From IMG/VR virus record IMGVR_UViG_3300024268_000023: 64,000 nucleotides of DNA, one strand, 5' to 3'. The translations under genes and the position numbers were made by a program. Shown here piece by piece: positions 9,923 to 19,564 of this stretch (position 1 is its first letter; every line of letters starts with the position of its first letter). The DNA is from a virus (Duplodnaviria > Heunggongvirae > Uroviricota > Caudoviricetes). The notes under the pieces are model-generated. The model was given only the letters and a program-made list of their open reading frames with translations. It had not been told where the DNA came from and made no database searches.

Positions 9923-10253
9923 TCGGTTTTCTCGGAATCATTTAAATAAAAAGAAGAATCAAGAACAACGTTCTAAATCAATGTTCGTTCTATATTGGGT
10001 GCAGGCACTTGCTACGGTGACTGCGCTCTTTTCTTTTTGGAGCTGTATTGCAACGGGAGACACTACCGCGCTGACAGTGCTTATCCCTTCCGTGTTTGTA
10101 GATGCTTCAGCTGTAACAGCTCTTGTTTTATGGAAACGCAAAAATGAAAGAGCTTTTTCTTTCTTTTCTGATAAAGAAATGAGAAAAGCAATTGAATGGT
10201 TTAAGGAACATGATATTGACCCTGTCGATTTCTTCAGGGCACTTAAAGAGTAA
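9909..10253 (+). CDS. membrane protein (holin-like)
   Basis: 114 aa with two predicted TM segments after a basic N-terminus. Confidence 0.4.
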   Translation: MFGNNRFSRNHLNKKKNQEQRSKSMFVLYWVQALATVTALFSFWSCIATGDTTALTVLIPSVFVDASAVTALVLWKRKNERAFSFFSDKEMRKAIEWFKEHDIDPVDFFRALKE

Positions 10254-10270
10254 TGAAAGGAAATTGAAGT

Positions 10271-10774
10271 ATGGATAACGAAATTCTTATTATTGTTAAA
10301 ACTCTTGTAGATATGATTGCAGAACCGGTTCTTCTTGCGATAGGAGGTCTTCTTGTCTATTTTGTTAAAAAAGGGATTGAATATCTTCAGAATAAGCTGG
10401 ACAACGAATGCGCATCTAAATATCTCGAAATGGCGAAAGAAACCATCGTGATGTGCGTAACGGCCACCAATCAGAGTTATGTAGATAGTCTCAAAAACAA
10501 TGGCGCTTTTGATAAAGATGCCTGGGTTACTGCTTTTGAAAAATCTAAAAACAATGTTTTAAAACTTCTTAGCGATGCACAAAAAGAAGTTATTACTGAA
10601 ATTTATGGAGATATTGATGCTTGGATCAACACTCAGATTGAAGCAACCGTAAGACAGCTTAAGCAGGAAGCTGCAGCTCAGCAGGCTCCTTCTCAGGTGG
10701 TCAACATTAGCCAGCTTCCCTCTGAAATCGAAGTAGAGAATTGTGATGAAGCAGGCATTATTATGTCTGAATAA
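10271..10774 (+). CDS. membrane protein (holin-like, N-terminal TM plus coiled coil)
   Basis: 167 aa. One TM helix (PVLLAIGGLLVYFV) followed by a helical region. Followed by a terminator. Confidence 0.45.
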   Translation: MDNEILIIVKTLVDMIAEPVLLAIGGLLVYFVKKGIEYLQNKLDNECASKYLEMAKETIVMCVTATNQSYVDSLKNNGAFDKDAWVTAFEKSKNNVLKLLSDAQKEVITEIYGDIDAWINTQIEATVRQLKQEAAAQQAPSQVVNISQLPSEIEVENCDEAGIIMSE

Positions 10775-10781
10775 AAATTTA

Positions 10782-10816
10782 AGGCGGAACGAAATAAATC
10801 GTTCCGCCTTTTTTTG
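10782..10816 (+). terminator. rho-independent terminator
   Basis: AGGCGGAACG-AAATAAAT-CGTTCCGCCT followed by TTTTTTT. Confidence 0.75.
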
Positions 10817-10829
10817 CAGTTTTTTGGCA

Positions 10830-11170
10830 TATAAAATTTAAAGCAACGCTCTTTGCATCAATTGGCGTAAAATTGGCGTAAATATCATTTGTTTTAATTT
10901 TTATGGGTCAAAAAGTGGCTTAAATAAGCCGTTTTTTAAGGGTCAAAAAAGTTTATAATTATAATACCACATTTTCGCAAGACTTTCAAGCTGTATTGAA
11001 CAATAACTTCACATAACCTCACGTAACCTTATATAACCTCACTTTTCTTAAGCTCTTAAAAATTGCACTTTTCCGTTAACTTCACATAAGTTCACGTATC
11101 TTCACGTAAAAGCTGAACCAGTTGGCGTAAATTTTGGCGTATGGAGTAAAAAATGAAATTTTTGGTGTAT
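10830..11170. promoter_or_regulatory. attP-like region with repeated arm-type motifs
   Basis: At least seven copies of YTTCACRTAA-like decamers (CTTCACATAA, CCTCACGTAA, CTTCACGTAA...). Two pairs of TTGGCGTAAA direct repeats at 10861-10885 and 11121-11145. Lies immediately adjacent to the integrase gene. Confidence 0.45.
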
Positions 11171-11175
11171 GAATT

Positions 11176-12435
11176 TTATACTGCGCGTTCAACAAAAAAA
11201 GAATCAATGCTTTCGATGTCTTTTTGAGCAACGTCAACGGAAACATCAGTATAAATATCCATAGTGATTAAATAGCTGGAATGTCCCATTATAGTTTGTA
11301 TTATTTTTAAATCAACTCCAGATTCAAACAACCTGGTTGCAAAAGTATGACGGAAAGTGTGGCAAGTGATACTGGGGAGAGGAGTGGCTTCTTCGGGATA
11401 TAAGGGAACGACAGTGCTATTATAGCGCTTTACAATGTTTCTAAGCGCTTCGTTTATCGCTGTATGGGTATGTGGCTTTAATGCTTTGTTGATAAAACAA
11501 AAGTCACTTCGTCCATCGATAGTGATTGCGCTGGTAATTCCATGTTCGATTTGGAGATTTTTTTCATTAAGAAGAGCTTCTTTAACCCTCGGAGACATGG
11601 GAACTTTTCTCGTTCCTGCGGCGGTCTTAGGTTCGTGGTATTTGAATGCGGTGTGAGCATCCTCTGGAGTTTTAATGTAGAGCAAAGTTTTTGACACAGT
11701 AATTATATTTTTGTCAAAATCTATATCATTCCACGTTAACCCCATCAGTTCACCAATTCGAAGACCAGTTCCGAGCATAACAACAAAAAGGTTGTTCCAC
11801 TTATGATACATACCGCTCCTACTAACGTAAGTGAGTAATGCATTTTGTTCACTAACAGTAAGTGCAAATTTTTTTTGTGACTTTGAATTTGCCCTTGTAT
11901 GGAATTCGCGAAATGCTTGCTTCGCAGGATTTTCTCTAAGAATATGCTCATTAACGGCACTGTCAAAAACTTGGTTGAGAAGTATATGGATTAAGCGTAC
12001 GGTTGATTCTTTCAGTTCTAGATCTTCATTTAAATGAATGTATAATTGCTTTATATCTATGAAATTTATTTTCGCCAAAGACTTGGTGCCAATAGTGCCG
12101 TACACATAATTCTTATATTGCGAAAAATATGTTGTTTTCGTTGAATCTCTTATGCCACGCTTTAAAGAAAACCAGCGGTCAAAATACTTGTTTAAAGTAT
12201 ATTGGTTGCCTAAAGTTTGGATGCCGTCAAGCTGATCGTGCAAAATCTCGTTTTCTTTTTCTCTAAGGAGCAAAAGAGACTTTGCATATACTTCATGCCT
12301 TTTCCCGAATTCATCCGTCCAGCGATAACTATAATTTCCGTCTTTTCTTTGCGATTCTCCTTTTCTTAGAATCATTCTATTTGAATCTTTTCGTTTTGTA
12401 GTTATCTTTCCTGCCATAAAATGGCCTCCTTTCAA
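11176..12435 (-). CDS. int: tyrosine site-specific integrase
   Basis: C-terminal catalytic motifs HTFRHTFAT...GHSS...Y (R-H-R-Y family). N-terminal SAM-like/core-binding region. Confidence 0.9.
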   Translation of the reverse strand: MKGGHFMAGKITTKRKDSNRMILRKGESQRKDGNYSYRWTDEFGKRHEVYAKSLLLLREKENEILHDQLDGIQTLGNQYTLNKYFDRWFSLKRGIRDSTKTTYFSQYKNYVYGTIGTKSLAKINFIDIKQLYIHLNEDLELKESTVRLIHILLNQVFDSAVNEHILRENPAKQAFREFHTRANSKSQKKFALTVSEQNALLTYVSRSGMYHKWNNLFVVMLGTGLRIGELMGLTWNDIDFDKNIITVSKTLLYIKTPEDAHTAFKYHEPKTAAGTRKVPMSPRVKEALLNEKNLQIEHGITSAITIDGRSDFCFINKALKPHTHTAINEALRNIVKRYNSTVVPLYPEEATPLPSITCHTFRHTFATRLFESGVDLKIIQTIMGHSSYLITMDIYTDVSVDVAQKDIESIDSFFVERAV

Positions 12436-12436
12436 A

Positions 12437-12500
12437 CAGGAAAGAGCGCTGCTTTATATTATAATTATAATAAAACAGCGCTCTTAAAATCTATGAATAA
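12437..12500. promoter_or_regulatory. 10-bp inverted repeat (AAGAGCGCTG...CAGCGCTCTT) between xis and int
   Basis: Perfect 10-bp arms around an AT-rich 24-nt spacer. Candidate operator or attenuator. Confidence 0.35.
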
Positions 12501-12510
12501 ATTGTTAATT

Positions 12511-12777
12511 TTATATTGCGTTTGTATAATTAAGAAATTCTTCTAAGGCTTCTCGTTTTATAAGTGTATGTGTACCATTCTTTATTACAAAACTACAGCC
12601 ATCTACGGAGGCAAGAACTCTTAATTTATTAACACCTAATCCAGAATAAGCAGCCGCTTCTTCAAATGTTAAAGTGAGCTTACGCCAAATAGGAACATCA
12701 TACGCCTGTGCTGCCAAAGCCACCGGCTCCTCTCTTGGTATCATCCAATTCTTCCACGGGGTCAAATTCGAGGTCAA
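12511..12777 (-). CDS. xis: excisionase-like HTH DNA-binding protein
   Basis: LTLTFEEAAAYSGLGVNKLRVL helix-turn-helix. Sits directly upstream of int. The true start is probably internal (M12), since the 5' end overlaps the dUTPase gene. Confidence 0.55.
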   Translation of the reverse strand: MTSNLTPWKNWMIPREEPVALAAQAYDVPIWRKLTLTFEEAAAYSGLGVNKLRVLASVDGCSFVIKNGTHTLIKREALEEFLNYTNAI

Positions 12778-13135
12778 GATAGGGGACTACTACGAGTTGG
12801 GCAATGCGCTCTCCATGGACGACAATGCGTTCTTCCATGCCATCGTTGTGGAGCCCAACCTTAAACTCTCCTCTGTAGTCTTCATCAATAATGCCTGGGG
12901 CGTTCTCTGGCCGAAGGTCGCGCTTAATTGCCATTCCAGAGCGAGCACATACAAGACCAACGTATCCTTCAGGAATCGCGGCAGCAAATCCCGTTCCTAT
13001 TAGTTTGGTTTCGTGGGGTCTAATCACTATATGCCCTTCGGGAATATAAGCATACATGTCATATCCAGCAGCATGCTCAGATCCTCTATAAGGCAAAGTG
13101 GTGTCTTCATATAGTGGTTTAATTTGTACTTTCAT
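12698..13135 (-). CDS. dut: dUTP diphosphatase
   Basis: All five dUTPase motifs are present (AGYD, RSG, GIIDEDYRG, RIAQL, RGAGGFGSTG). Confidence 0.9.
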   Translation of the reverse strand: MKVQIKPLYEDTTLPYRGSEHAAGYDMYAYIPEGHIVIRPHETKLIGTGFAAAIPEGYVGLVCARSGMAIKRDLRPENAPGIIDEDYRGEFKVGLHNDGMEERIVVHGERIAQLVVVPYLDLEFDPVEELDDTKRGAGGFGSTGV

Positions 13136-13139
13136 TACT

Positions 13140-14072
13140 TTAATCTCCTTCGTTTACTTCTTTTCCTTCGGCCCGCAAACAAACAAAACTTGGAAACTGT
13201 AAGCTTTCTGTTCCTGCCTTGCTTTTTGTTACGCATTGATATTGAACTTCGACTACTCTGCCTAAAAGCTCTGGACGATGAGTCCAAATCCATTCTCTTG
13301 TAGGGATATCCATCCCACTTCCAACAGCGACCATGTTACCTTTATATTCAACCATAATCGCTCCAAGGCTGCCTTTATAGCGGCCTGTGCCTGGCTTGAA
13401 ATCAATGATTTCTAAATCAACGGTATGCTTATGCTTATATTTTAGAACATTGTTGTTTTTACTTCTCAAATAGGGGAGATCACGATTTATGACTATTCCT
13501 TCCCAGCCTTGAGCTTTGGAGTATTGAAACCATTCTTCGATTTTTGTTTGATCATAGCCTTCGTACAAATGAGGTATTAACTTCAGGTTTTCGATTTCAT
13601 TTGCAATGGCTTCATATGCATCTACAAGCGGTTCTCTGCGAAGACTATATGATGAAGTTTCCATATCCGGAATATTTGTATATTCATCGTAGCTTACTGC
13701 ATCGAAAATATGCATCTCTAAAGCGGATTTATCTGGATCAAGATTTCCTACTAAACTGCAAGTTTGAGTAAATCTGTCAAATTCATCTTCAAAATCTGAT
13801 TCTTCTCCTTTAATAAGAAGTTCACCCTCAATGATATATGGATTTGAATTTGTTCCACCCATTGCCTCATTGAGTTTCCAGCAATCTTCAAGAAGGTGTT
13901 CGCATCCGGGAATAATTCTTCGTTCCCTTGTGTAAAGATTACCGTCCTTAAAAATAGCGTGAACACCATTCATTTTCCTACTGATAGAAATCCACTCCCC
14001 CTCTTCAATATAAGAGGGGGAATATGGTTTTGGAAGTTGACAAATTATTTTTGAGGGTCTTCCTCTTGGCAT
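13140..14072 (-). CDS. lig: ATP-dependent DNA ligase (small phage type)
   Basis: Motif I KMNGVH (KxDG-like), EGELLIKGE (motif III), EGIVINRD (motif IV) and LKYKHK (motif V). Confidence 0.7.
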   Translation of the reverse strand: MPRGRPSKIICQLPKPYSPSYIEEGEWISISRKMNGVHAIFKDGNLYTRERRIIPGCEHLLEDCWKLNEAMGGTNSNPYIIEGELLIKGEESDFEDEFDRFTQTCSLVGNLDPDKSALEMHIFDAVSYDEYTNIPDMETSSYSLRREPLVDAYEAIANEIENLKLIPHLYEGYDQTKIEEWFQYSKAQGWEGIVINRDLPYLRSKNNNVLKYKHKHTVDLEIIDFKPGTGRYKGSLGAIMVEYKGNMVAVGSGMDIPTREWIWTHRPELLGRVVEVQYQCVTKSKAGTESLQFPSFVCLRAEGKEVNEGD

Positions 14073-14084
14073 TCAATCACTCCT

Positions 14085-16349
14085 TTAGGAACAAGCGCTC
14101 CAGCCGCAGTTTTTGCATACGTTACAACCACCTTCAAACACTATTGGAACTCCGCATTCAGGGCATTTCGGTTCATTTGAAGGCTGTAACTGCGGGGTTT
14201 CCTTTTTGACAATTACTGGTTTTGTAATTTTGTCTTTTAAAAAATCGTTAACTTCTTTCTGCATATCAAGCAGGGCTTTGCCCATAGCAACGGGGCAACA
14301 AGAGCCTGGTGAAACATCTTTTTTAGTTGCTCTTCTGACTGCATAGCTCGGGCAGGTGGGACAACTATCGAGGTCGTCGATAATCTGCTCAAGCGGAGCT
14401 CCATATCGTGCTGCAGTTGTTACAAGTCTTGATACAGCGGTTATATTCGACATACAGCCGCCGGTACTTCCTTTAGGGAAATATGTATTTGTAAACTTGC
14501 CCGTATCTCTATCGAAATAAGCGCACATATGGAGTGTTCCGCACCCGGTTGTTATGTGTCTTTGAAGTCCAATTGTATTTGTTGTATCGAGCGGAGCTAC
14601 TGCAACAGATTCGGTTGCGACTTCTTCTACGGCGAGTTCTTCTTTTTCTTTTTCGGTTGTGAGAACTCCTGTTCTTGCACAGTCATCTCTGTAAACGGTG
14701 ATGCCTTTAAGACCAGCTTTCCAAGCTTCAATATAGATGTTATAAATTTCATCTACAGTTGCGCTATTAGGCAAATTAACCGTAGAAGAGATGGAGGCAT
14801 CGATATATTTCTGCCACGCGGCCTGCATAGCAATTCTTTCCAATGGAGCAATATCGTGAGCAGTAACAAAATACTCAGGTAAATCTTTTTCGTCCGATAT
14901 ATCGTGCGATTCCATATATTTTTGAACGATAGGAGTATGGAGTTTGTAATAAACGGGCTCGTCTCCTTCATTAAGAGATTCTGTTTTTCTTGTGTATGTG
15001 TAAGAAAAAATAGGTTCTATTCCGCCGGAAATTCTAAACATTGTGGAGATAGTTCCTGTAGGCGCAATAGTAAGCAATGCACAGTTTCTAAGTCCATATT
15101 TTTTAACAAGATTTATAAATTCAAAATCTTTTTCTTCGTCATAAAGATTTTTGAAAAATGGCGTTTCAACAATTTTTTCGGGTTCACATTTAGGAAATGC
15201 GCCATCTCTCATGGCAAGCTCAAGAGAAGTGGTAACTGCTGTTCTTGCCATATAACTGGCTATCATTTCAGAGATTTCTACTGCCTCTTTTGAACCATAG
15301 CGAATTTTCATTTTAATAAGGGCATCCGCCAATCCCATTATTCCAAGGCCAATATTTCTCCAATTTGTTGCTGCTTCTTTTTGCACGTCGAGAGGAAGAA
15401 GGGGAATTCCTTCGTCAAGAACTTCGTTGAGTCCTTCAACTGCGATTTTTACTGCCTGTCCAAATTCTTCAAATTGGAAGCTTCCGTCTCTTACAAACGC
15501 TGCAAGATTGAGAGAGCCAAGAAGGCAACTTTGATAACGTCCTAGCGGCTGTTCTCCGCAAGGATTAGTGGAGCAAATTTCATATTCGGGGTTGTTGCTA
15601 TTTAAGTTCCAGTCCAAAATCCTATCCCAAAACAAAGCTCCAGGTTCACCCATAAGATGGTTGTTTTCTGCAATGCGATGAAGAATTTTCTTTGCATTGA
15701 GAGTTTTTGAAATGGTTTCACCGGTGGTTTCTCTCGTAAAACTCACTTCATAATCTTCCCCGAGCTCTGCTTTTCTAAGAAATTCATCGCTCATACGAAC
15801 TGAAATATTTGCTTTGGTGACTTTATCAAGATTTCTTTTAACGTCAACAAATTCTTCAATGTCAGGGTGATCGCTCGACATTGTTATCATCAAGGCGCCT
15901 CTACGATTATTCTGCCCCACCAGCCCAGTTGTGCAAGAATATAAATCCATCCAAGACACAGCGCCACTGCTTTCTCTTGCAGAGTTATAGACCGTTGTGC
16001 CTCTTGGAGAAAGCTTACTGATGTCAATACCAACGCCTCCGCCGTAGGAATATGTACGAGCCATTTCCTTCGCACAATCAAAAATACCTTCGATATTATC
16101 TTCTGGGGAAGCGTTTACATGGCAATTCGACATTTCCATTTTATAACCATGCAAATCCATTCCTCTGCCAGCAAGTATTCTTCCACCGAAAAGAAATTTC
16201 TGCTCAAACACCAGATTCATTAAAGGTTTATTCCCACCGCAAATTCGAGTAAGCCAAGTAGGAAAATCATCATCGTTGCCGGGATATTTCTTTTTAATTA
16301 TGTCAAGGCCAAGGGTGTTGTCTTCGCCTAGCCAATCTTTATAATCCAA
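14085..16349 (-). CDS. nrdJ: class II (B12-dependent) ribonucleotide reductase
   Basis: Active-site NPCGEQPL motif typical of class II RNR. Monomeric length of 754 aa. C-terminal Cys4 zinc ribbon CPECG...CKNCG. Confidence 0.75.
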   Translation of the reverse strand: MDYKDWLGEDNTLGLDIIKKKYPGNDDDFPTWLTRICGGNKPLMNLVFEQKFLFGGRILAGRGMDLHGYKMEMSNCHVNASPEDNIEGIFDCAKEMARTYSYGGGVGIDISKLSPRGTTVYNSARESSGAVSWMDLYSCTTGLVGQNNRRGALMITMSSDHPDIEEFVDVKRNLDKVTKANISVRMSDEFLRKAELGEDYEVSFTRETTGETISKTLNAKKILHRIAENNHLMGEPGALFWDRILDWNLNSNNPEYEICSTNPCGEQPLGRYQSCLLGSLNLAAFVRDGSFQFEEFGQAVKIAVEGLNEVLDEGIPLLPLDVQKEAATNWRNIGLGIMGLADALIKMKIRYGSKEAVEISEMIASYMARTAVTTSLELAMRDGAFPKCEPEKIVETPFFKNLYDEEKDFEFINLVKKYGLRNCALLTIAPTGTISTMFRISGGIEPIFSYTYTRKTESLNEGDEPVYYKLHTPIVQKYMESHDISDEKDLPEYFVTAHDIAPLERIAMQAAWQKYIDASISSTVNLPNSATVDEIYNIYIEAWKAGLKGITVYRDDCARTGVLTTEKEKEELAVEEVATESVAVAPLDTTNTIGLQRHITTGCGTLHMCAYFDRDTGKFTNTYFPKGSTGGCMSNITAVSRLVTTAARYGAPLEQIIDDLDSCPTCPSYAVRRATKKDVSPGSCCPVAMGKALLDMQKEVNDFLKDKITKPVIVKKETPQLQPSNEPKCPECGVPIVFEGGCNVCKNCGWSACS

Positions 16350-16355
16350 TAAGCA

Positions 16356-16895
16356 TCATCCTTCTCTTAAACTCATAAAATTCTTAATAACCGTGATTGT
16401 TTCTTCGAGATCATTATTCATGATATAAAAACACGGTATTTCTTTGAATCGGTTGAACAGGCCTTTACGGCCTGCGTCAACCTTCTGTCTATTTTTTATT
16501 TGATCCGCATTATCTCCGCGGGAAGCCATTCTGGATTTAAGCTGTTCTTCGCTTGCATCAATGTAAACAATGACCGGTTGTTTACCTTCTTTATAATGCT
16601 TTGCAAAATATTCTATCCCAGCTTCGTCGATAACGTAGAAATCATTTTTGCTTACTTGTTTTGATGTTGCTCCGTATTCATTTCCATCGAAGAGAGTATA
16701 AGCGCACATCTTCGGACGAAGCTCATCAAACTCTGATTTTGTTACGAATATATGCCCCTGTTCTCCGCTGTAGCGCTTTGGACGGGTGGTAAATGAGTTG
16801 ACCGACCGATAACCATACCGTCTGCAAAGTTCGCTTACAACGGTTGTCTTGCCGCTTCCAGAGGGGCCTACGACCAGATAAATATATTTACTCAA
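16356..16895 (-). CDS. P-loop nucleoside monophosphate kinase (guanylate/dNMP kinase-like)
   Basis: GPSGSGKTT Walker A motif at the N-terminus, 179 aa. Confidence 0.65.
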   Translation of the reverse strand: MSKYIYLVVGPSGSGKTTVVSELCRRYGYRSVNSFTTRPKRYSGEQGHIFVTKSEFDELRPKMCAYTLFDGNEYGATSKQVSKNDFYVIDEAGIEYFAKHYKEGKQPVIVYIDASEEQLKSRMASRGDNADQIKNRQKVDAGRKGLFNRFKEIPCFYIMNNDLEETITVIKNFMSLREG

Positions 16896-16911
16896 ACTAA
16901 CTTACCGCTCC

Positions 16912-17283
16912 TTAAATGTTGATGTGTGAAACGGCGTCAGTACATTTGCATTCAGAGCCCAAAACGCATTCATTGGCAACACCAGGTATAGTCGTCAGAC
17001 CGCCATATATCTGTTTTGCGGCTTCAAAACCTTTTTGGTAGCCATCTTCATGACCGACTTTTTTGCCTTCTTCGTAAGCTTCATGCCCAAGTTTATCCAG
17101 CTCAGTTTCATGCTCTCTGCGAAGCTCTTCTCTTACGGCTTCGATTTCTTTAAAAGCATCATCTTCGGCTTCTTCAAAACAATCATCGAACCCAGCGTTA
17201 TACCCTTCTTCATAAGCGGCTTCAAGAGCTTTTTCGATTTCTTCTGCGTTATTAAAAACAATTACTTTATATTTCATATTCAA
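16912..17283 (-). CDS. acidic hypothetical protein
   Basis: 123-aa ORF rich in Glu/Asp helices. Confidence 0.45.
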   Translation of the reverse strand: MNMKYKVIVFNNAEEIEKALEAAYEEGYNAGFDDCFEEAEDDAFKEIEAVREELRREHETELDKLGHEAYEEGKKVGHEDGYQKGFEAAKQIYGGLTTIPGVANECVLGSECKCTDAVSHINI

Positions 17284-17645
17284 ACCTCTTCCACATCTTC
17301 ATACAGATCAAACTCAAATTCAAAGTCGTCATCTCCACCGATTACAGCCATTTGGTATGCTTTGTCGTCCCAATATTCGTCCGCAGAAACTTTTCTGCAG
17401 TCACCACCGTACTGCTCGATTCTTTCGGGAAGATTTTCGTTTATGGCGTCAAAAACAATTCCAAGTTCTCTGCACCAGATAAGTGCTTCATCAAGAAGCT
17501 TCCCTGTGCGGCAAGTCCATAAGATAAATTTATCTCCGTTTTCTTGCTGTTTGAGAAGCTGTTTAATTAAATCGGTATTAGGTTCACCGATTTCGGGGTA
17601 TTTGTTTTCACAAAGAGTTCCATCAAAATCTACTGCAACAATCAT
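17280..17645 (-). CDS. HAD-superfamily phosphatase / nucleotidase-like
   Basis: N-terminal DxDGT motif (VAVDFDGTL). Confidence 0.6.
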   Translation of the reverse strand: MIVAVDFDGTLCENKYPEIGEPNTDLIKQLLKQQENGDKFILWTCRTGKLLDEALIWCRELGIVFDAINENLPERIEQYGGDCRKVSADEYWDDKAYQMAVIGGDDDFEFEFDLYEDVEEV

Positions 17646-18244
17646 GCAGATTCTACCTCCTCTGTTTCGTCTTTTCCAAGACAGATTTCTCTAAAATGGG
17701 GAAGAGACTCGATCCATTTACAAACGATTTTCCATTCCGGAAGGCGGTGATATCTGCGCTGATAATAAATGGTTTTAAGCTGTGCATAGTTTGTAGTCAT
17801 TCTTGCAGTGAGTTTAAATCCAGACGGGATGCTGTAAATTAAATGAAGAAAGTTTTCATCGGTGGGATTGCCGTTATAGATATCTATAAGCTCCTTAAAT
17901 CTGGCAACAATAATCGGATCGGTGTACTCAATGCACTGGATTTCGGGATTGAATTTACTGATACGATGCATTGTGCTTTGAGACGATACAAATTCAAGGA
18001 AGTGGTAACGTTCACCTTCGACCCAGGCTTTATTGGTAAAAGTAAGGTCGAACTGAACTACAATTCCGTGAAGAAAAGTGTCGTGGCCTTGTCCGCCTTG
18101 ACAACTGCCAAGAATTTTTGTTCTGTTAACGATTTCCGTTGAGCAATCTTCGATGTTTACGGCAAAAGGGTACTTAGATGCTTTTACGCTTTCCTCAAGC
18201 CCATAAACATTTACGTTAGAGATAATATCCTTAATTTCTAACAA
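17642..18244 (-). CDS. hypothetical protein, possible ThyX-like (weak)
   Basis: 200 aa. The GERYHFLEFVSSQS segment is loosely reminiscent of the ThyX RHR...S motif. Context is a nucleotide-metabolism cluster. Confidence 0.25.
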   Translation of the reverse strand: MLEIKDIISNVNVYGLEESVKASKYPFAVNIEDCSTEIVNRTKILGSCQGGQGHDTFLHGIVVQFDLTFTNKAWVEGERYHFLEFVSSQSTMHRISKFNPEIQCIEYTDPIIVARFKELIDIYNGNPTDENFLHLIYSIPSGFKLTARMTTNYAQLKTIYYQRRYHRLPEWKIVCKWIESLPHFREICLGKDETEEVESA

Positions 18245-18873
18245 TCGGATTCTTCATCCTTTCTTAACCGCTGAAAAGCGGTATCGCAATATTTTTGTTT
18301 CATTTCAAACCCGACATATCTTCGCCCAAGCATCTCGGCGGCAACAGCGGTAGTTCCAACCCCGATGAATGGGTCAAAGATAATGTCTTCGGGTTTCGTG
18401 CTGTTAAAAATAAAGTTCTTTATAAGCCACACTGGCTTGACCGTTGGGTGGGAGAACTCTCTTTTTTCAGCCTGGTTATTCATCGTATATGAATACGTAA
18501 ATTTACTATCATAGCAGCCGTAAAGCGGGACGGATTTTTCTCTTACAAAAAGTATGTAGTCTGTATCGGAGAGATATTTATTTACACAGGCGTCCGCCGG
18601 ATTTGTTTTGTGCCAACAGAGCAGAGTCCAATCGCAGCCCCGCTTTGTTACGAAATAGTCCAGAAGAAATATCAGCTGCTTTTGCCCACAAAAAATGTAG
18701 GTGTTTATTTTTCTTTGGACACGACAAATTTCGTCTAAAATTGATTCCAAGTCTTCTCCAAGCTCGGAATAGGGAGGATCGGCCACAACCATATCTACGA
18801 AGCCATCGGGAAGCTCAGCTATCATTTTTCTGCTATCGCAACAGCAAATGAAACTGTCCGATAAATACTCCAT
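18238..18873 (-). CDS. DNA N6-adenine/N4-cytosine methyltransferase (beta class)
   Basis: DPPY catalytic motif near the N-terminus. SAM-binding FDPFIGVGTT motif lies C-terminal to it. Confidence 0.8.
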   Translation of the reverse strand: MEYLSDSFICCCDSRKMIAELPDGFVDMVVADPPYSELGEDLESILDEICRVQRKINTYIFCGQKQLIFLLDYFVTKRGCDWTLLCWHKTNPADACVNKYLSDTDYILFVREKSVPLYGCYDSKFTYSYTMNNQAEKREFSHPTVKPVWLIKNFIFNSTKPEDIIFDPFIGVGTTAVAAEMLGRRYVGFEMKQKYCDTAFQRLRKDEESDC

Positions 18874-18887
18874 TGTGTGACCTCCTT

Positions 18888-19238
18888 TTATATTAATTTA
18901 AAGTTATCTGTTTTAATTTCCGAGTAGATGCAACGTCGAAGCACGTCCCTATAAAGATCTCGATTCATTTCTTTATCGAGAATTACTAACGAGTAACGAG
19001 CATGGCGACCTTCGACAAAATCGGAAACAATCGAAAAGCGAAATAAATTTGTTTCGATTGTTCGGCGTTCTTCGAACTCTGGGTAATAACAAGTAGATGC
19101 ATCATGGAGCTCACGGGAAAGCTTTATGCTCCATCCGGGTACATCGTCGGTGACAATTAAAATGTTGATTAGCATTAATGTTTTTACCTCCACGTGGTTA
19201 ATGGCTCTGCGGTAGGAATGGGAGGGAAACTCTCCCAC
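18888..19238 (-). CDS. hypothetical protein
   Basis: 116-aa ORF. Confidence 0.4.
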   Translation of the reverse strand: MGEFPSHSYRRAINHVEVKTLMLINILIVTDDVPGWSIKLSRELHDASTCYYPEFEERRTIETNLFRFSIVSDFVEGRHARYSLVILDKEMNRDLYRDVLRRCIYSEIKTDNFKLI

Positions 19239-19564
19239 TTGTGCATAAGTTCATCAAGGTTTTCTTTCTCTTGCGATTTAGTTGGTTCATTGAAATAATA
19301 GGTGTCGCAGTATTCGCACTTTTCTTTATAGAGGTTGATTGGAGCGCCGCAATTAGGACAATTACGATAAAAATTTGTTTTTTCTTTAATGGGAATTTCT
19401 TTTTTATCTTCGGGTTCAGATATTTTTATCCATCCCAAAGTCGTTCCATAAATCCATAAAGCGCCTGTATCTTTGCAAATCGCAGTATAACCAGTTTTAT
19501 GTGGAAGAGAATAGAGTTCCGACTGATTGTTTATTATATAAACGCCATGCGACCACTTCATCAA
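19184..19564 (-). CDS. hypothetical protein with zinc ribbon
   Basis: CPNCG...CEYC motif. Confidence 0.45.
   Translation of the reverse strand: MMKWSHGVYIINNQSELYSLPHKTGYTAICKDTGALWIYGTTLGWIKISEPEDKKEIPIKEKTNFYRNCPNCGAPINLYKEKCEYCDTYYFNEPTKSQEKENLDELMHKWESFPPIPTAEPLTTWR

Noticed and set aside
12511-12777. Conflict between the xis-like ORF and the dUTPase 3' end (80-nt overlap).
   Set aside because: Not resolved. The dUTPase C-terminal motif V is intact, so xis probably starts at an internal Met (12744) or the overlap is real. Reported with reduced confidence rather than dropped.
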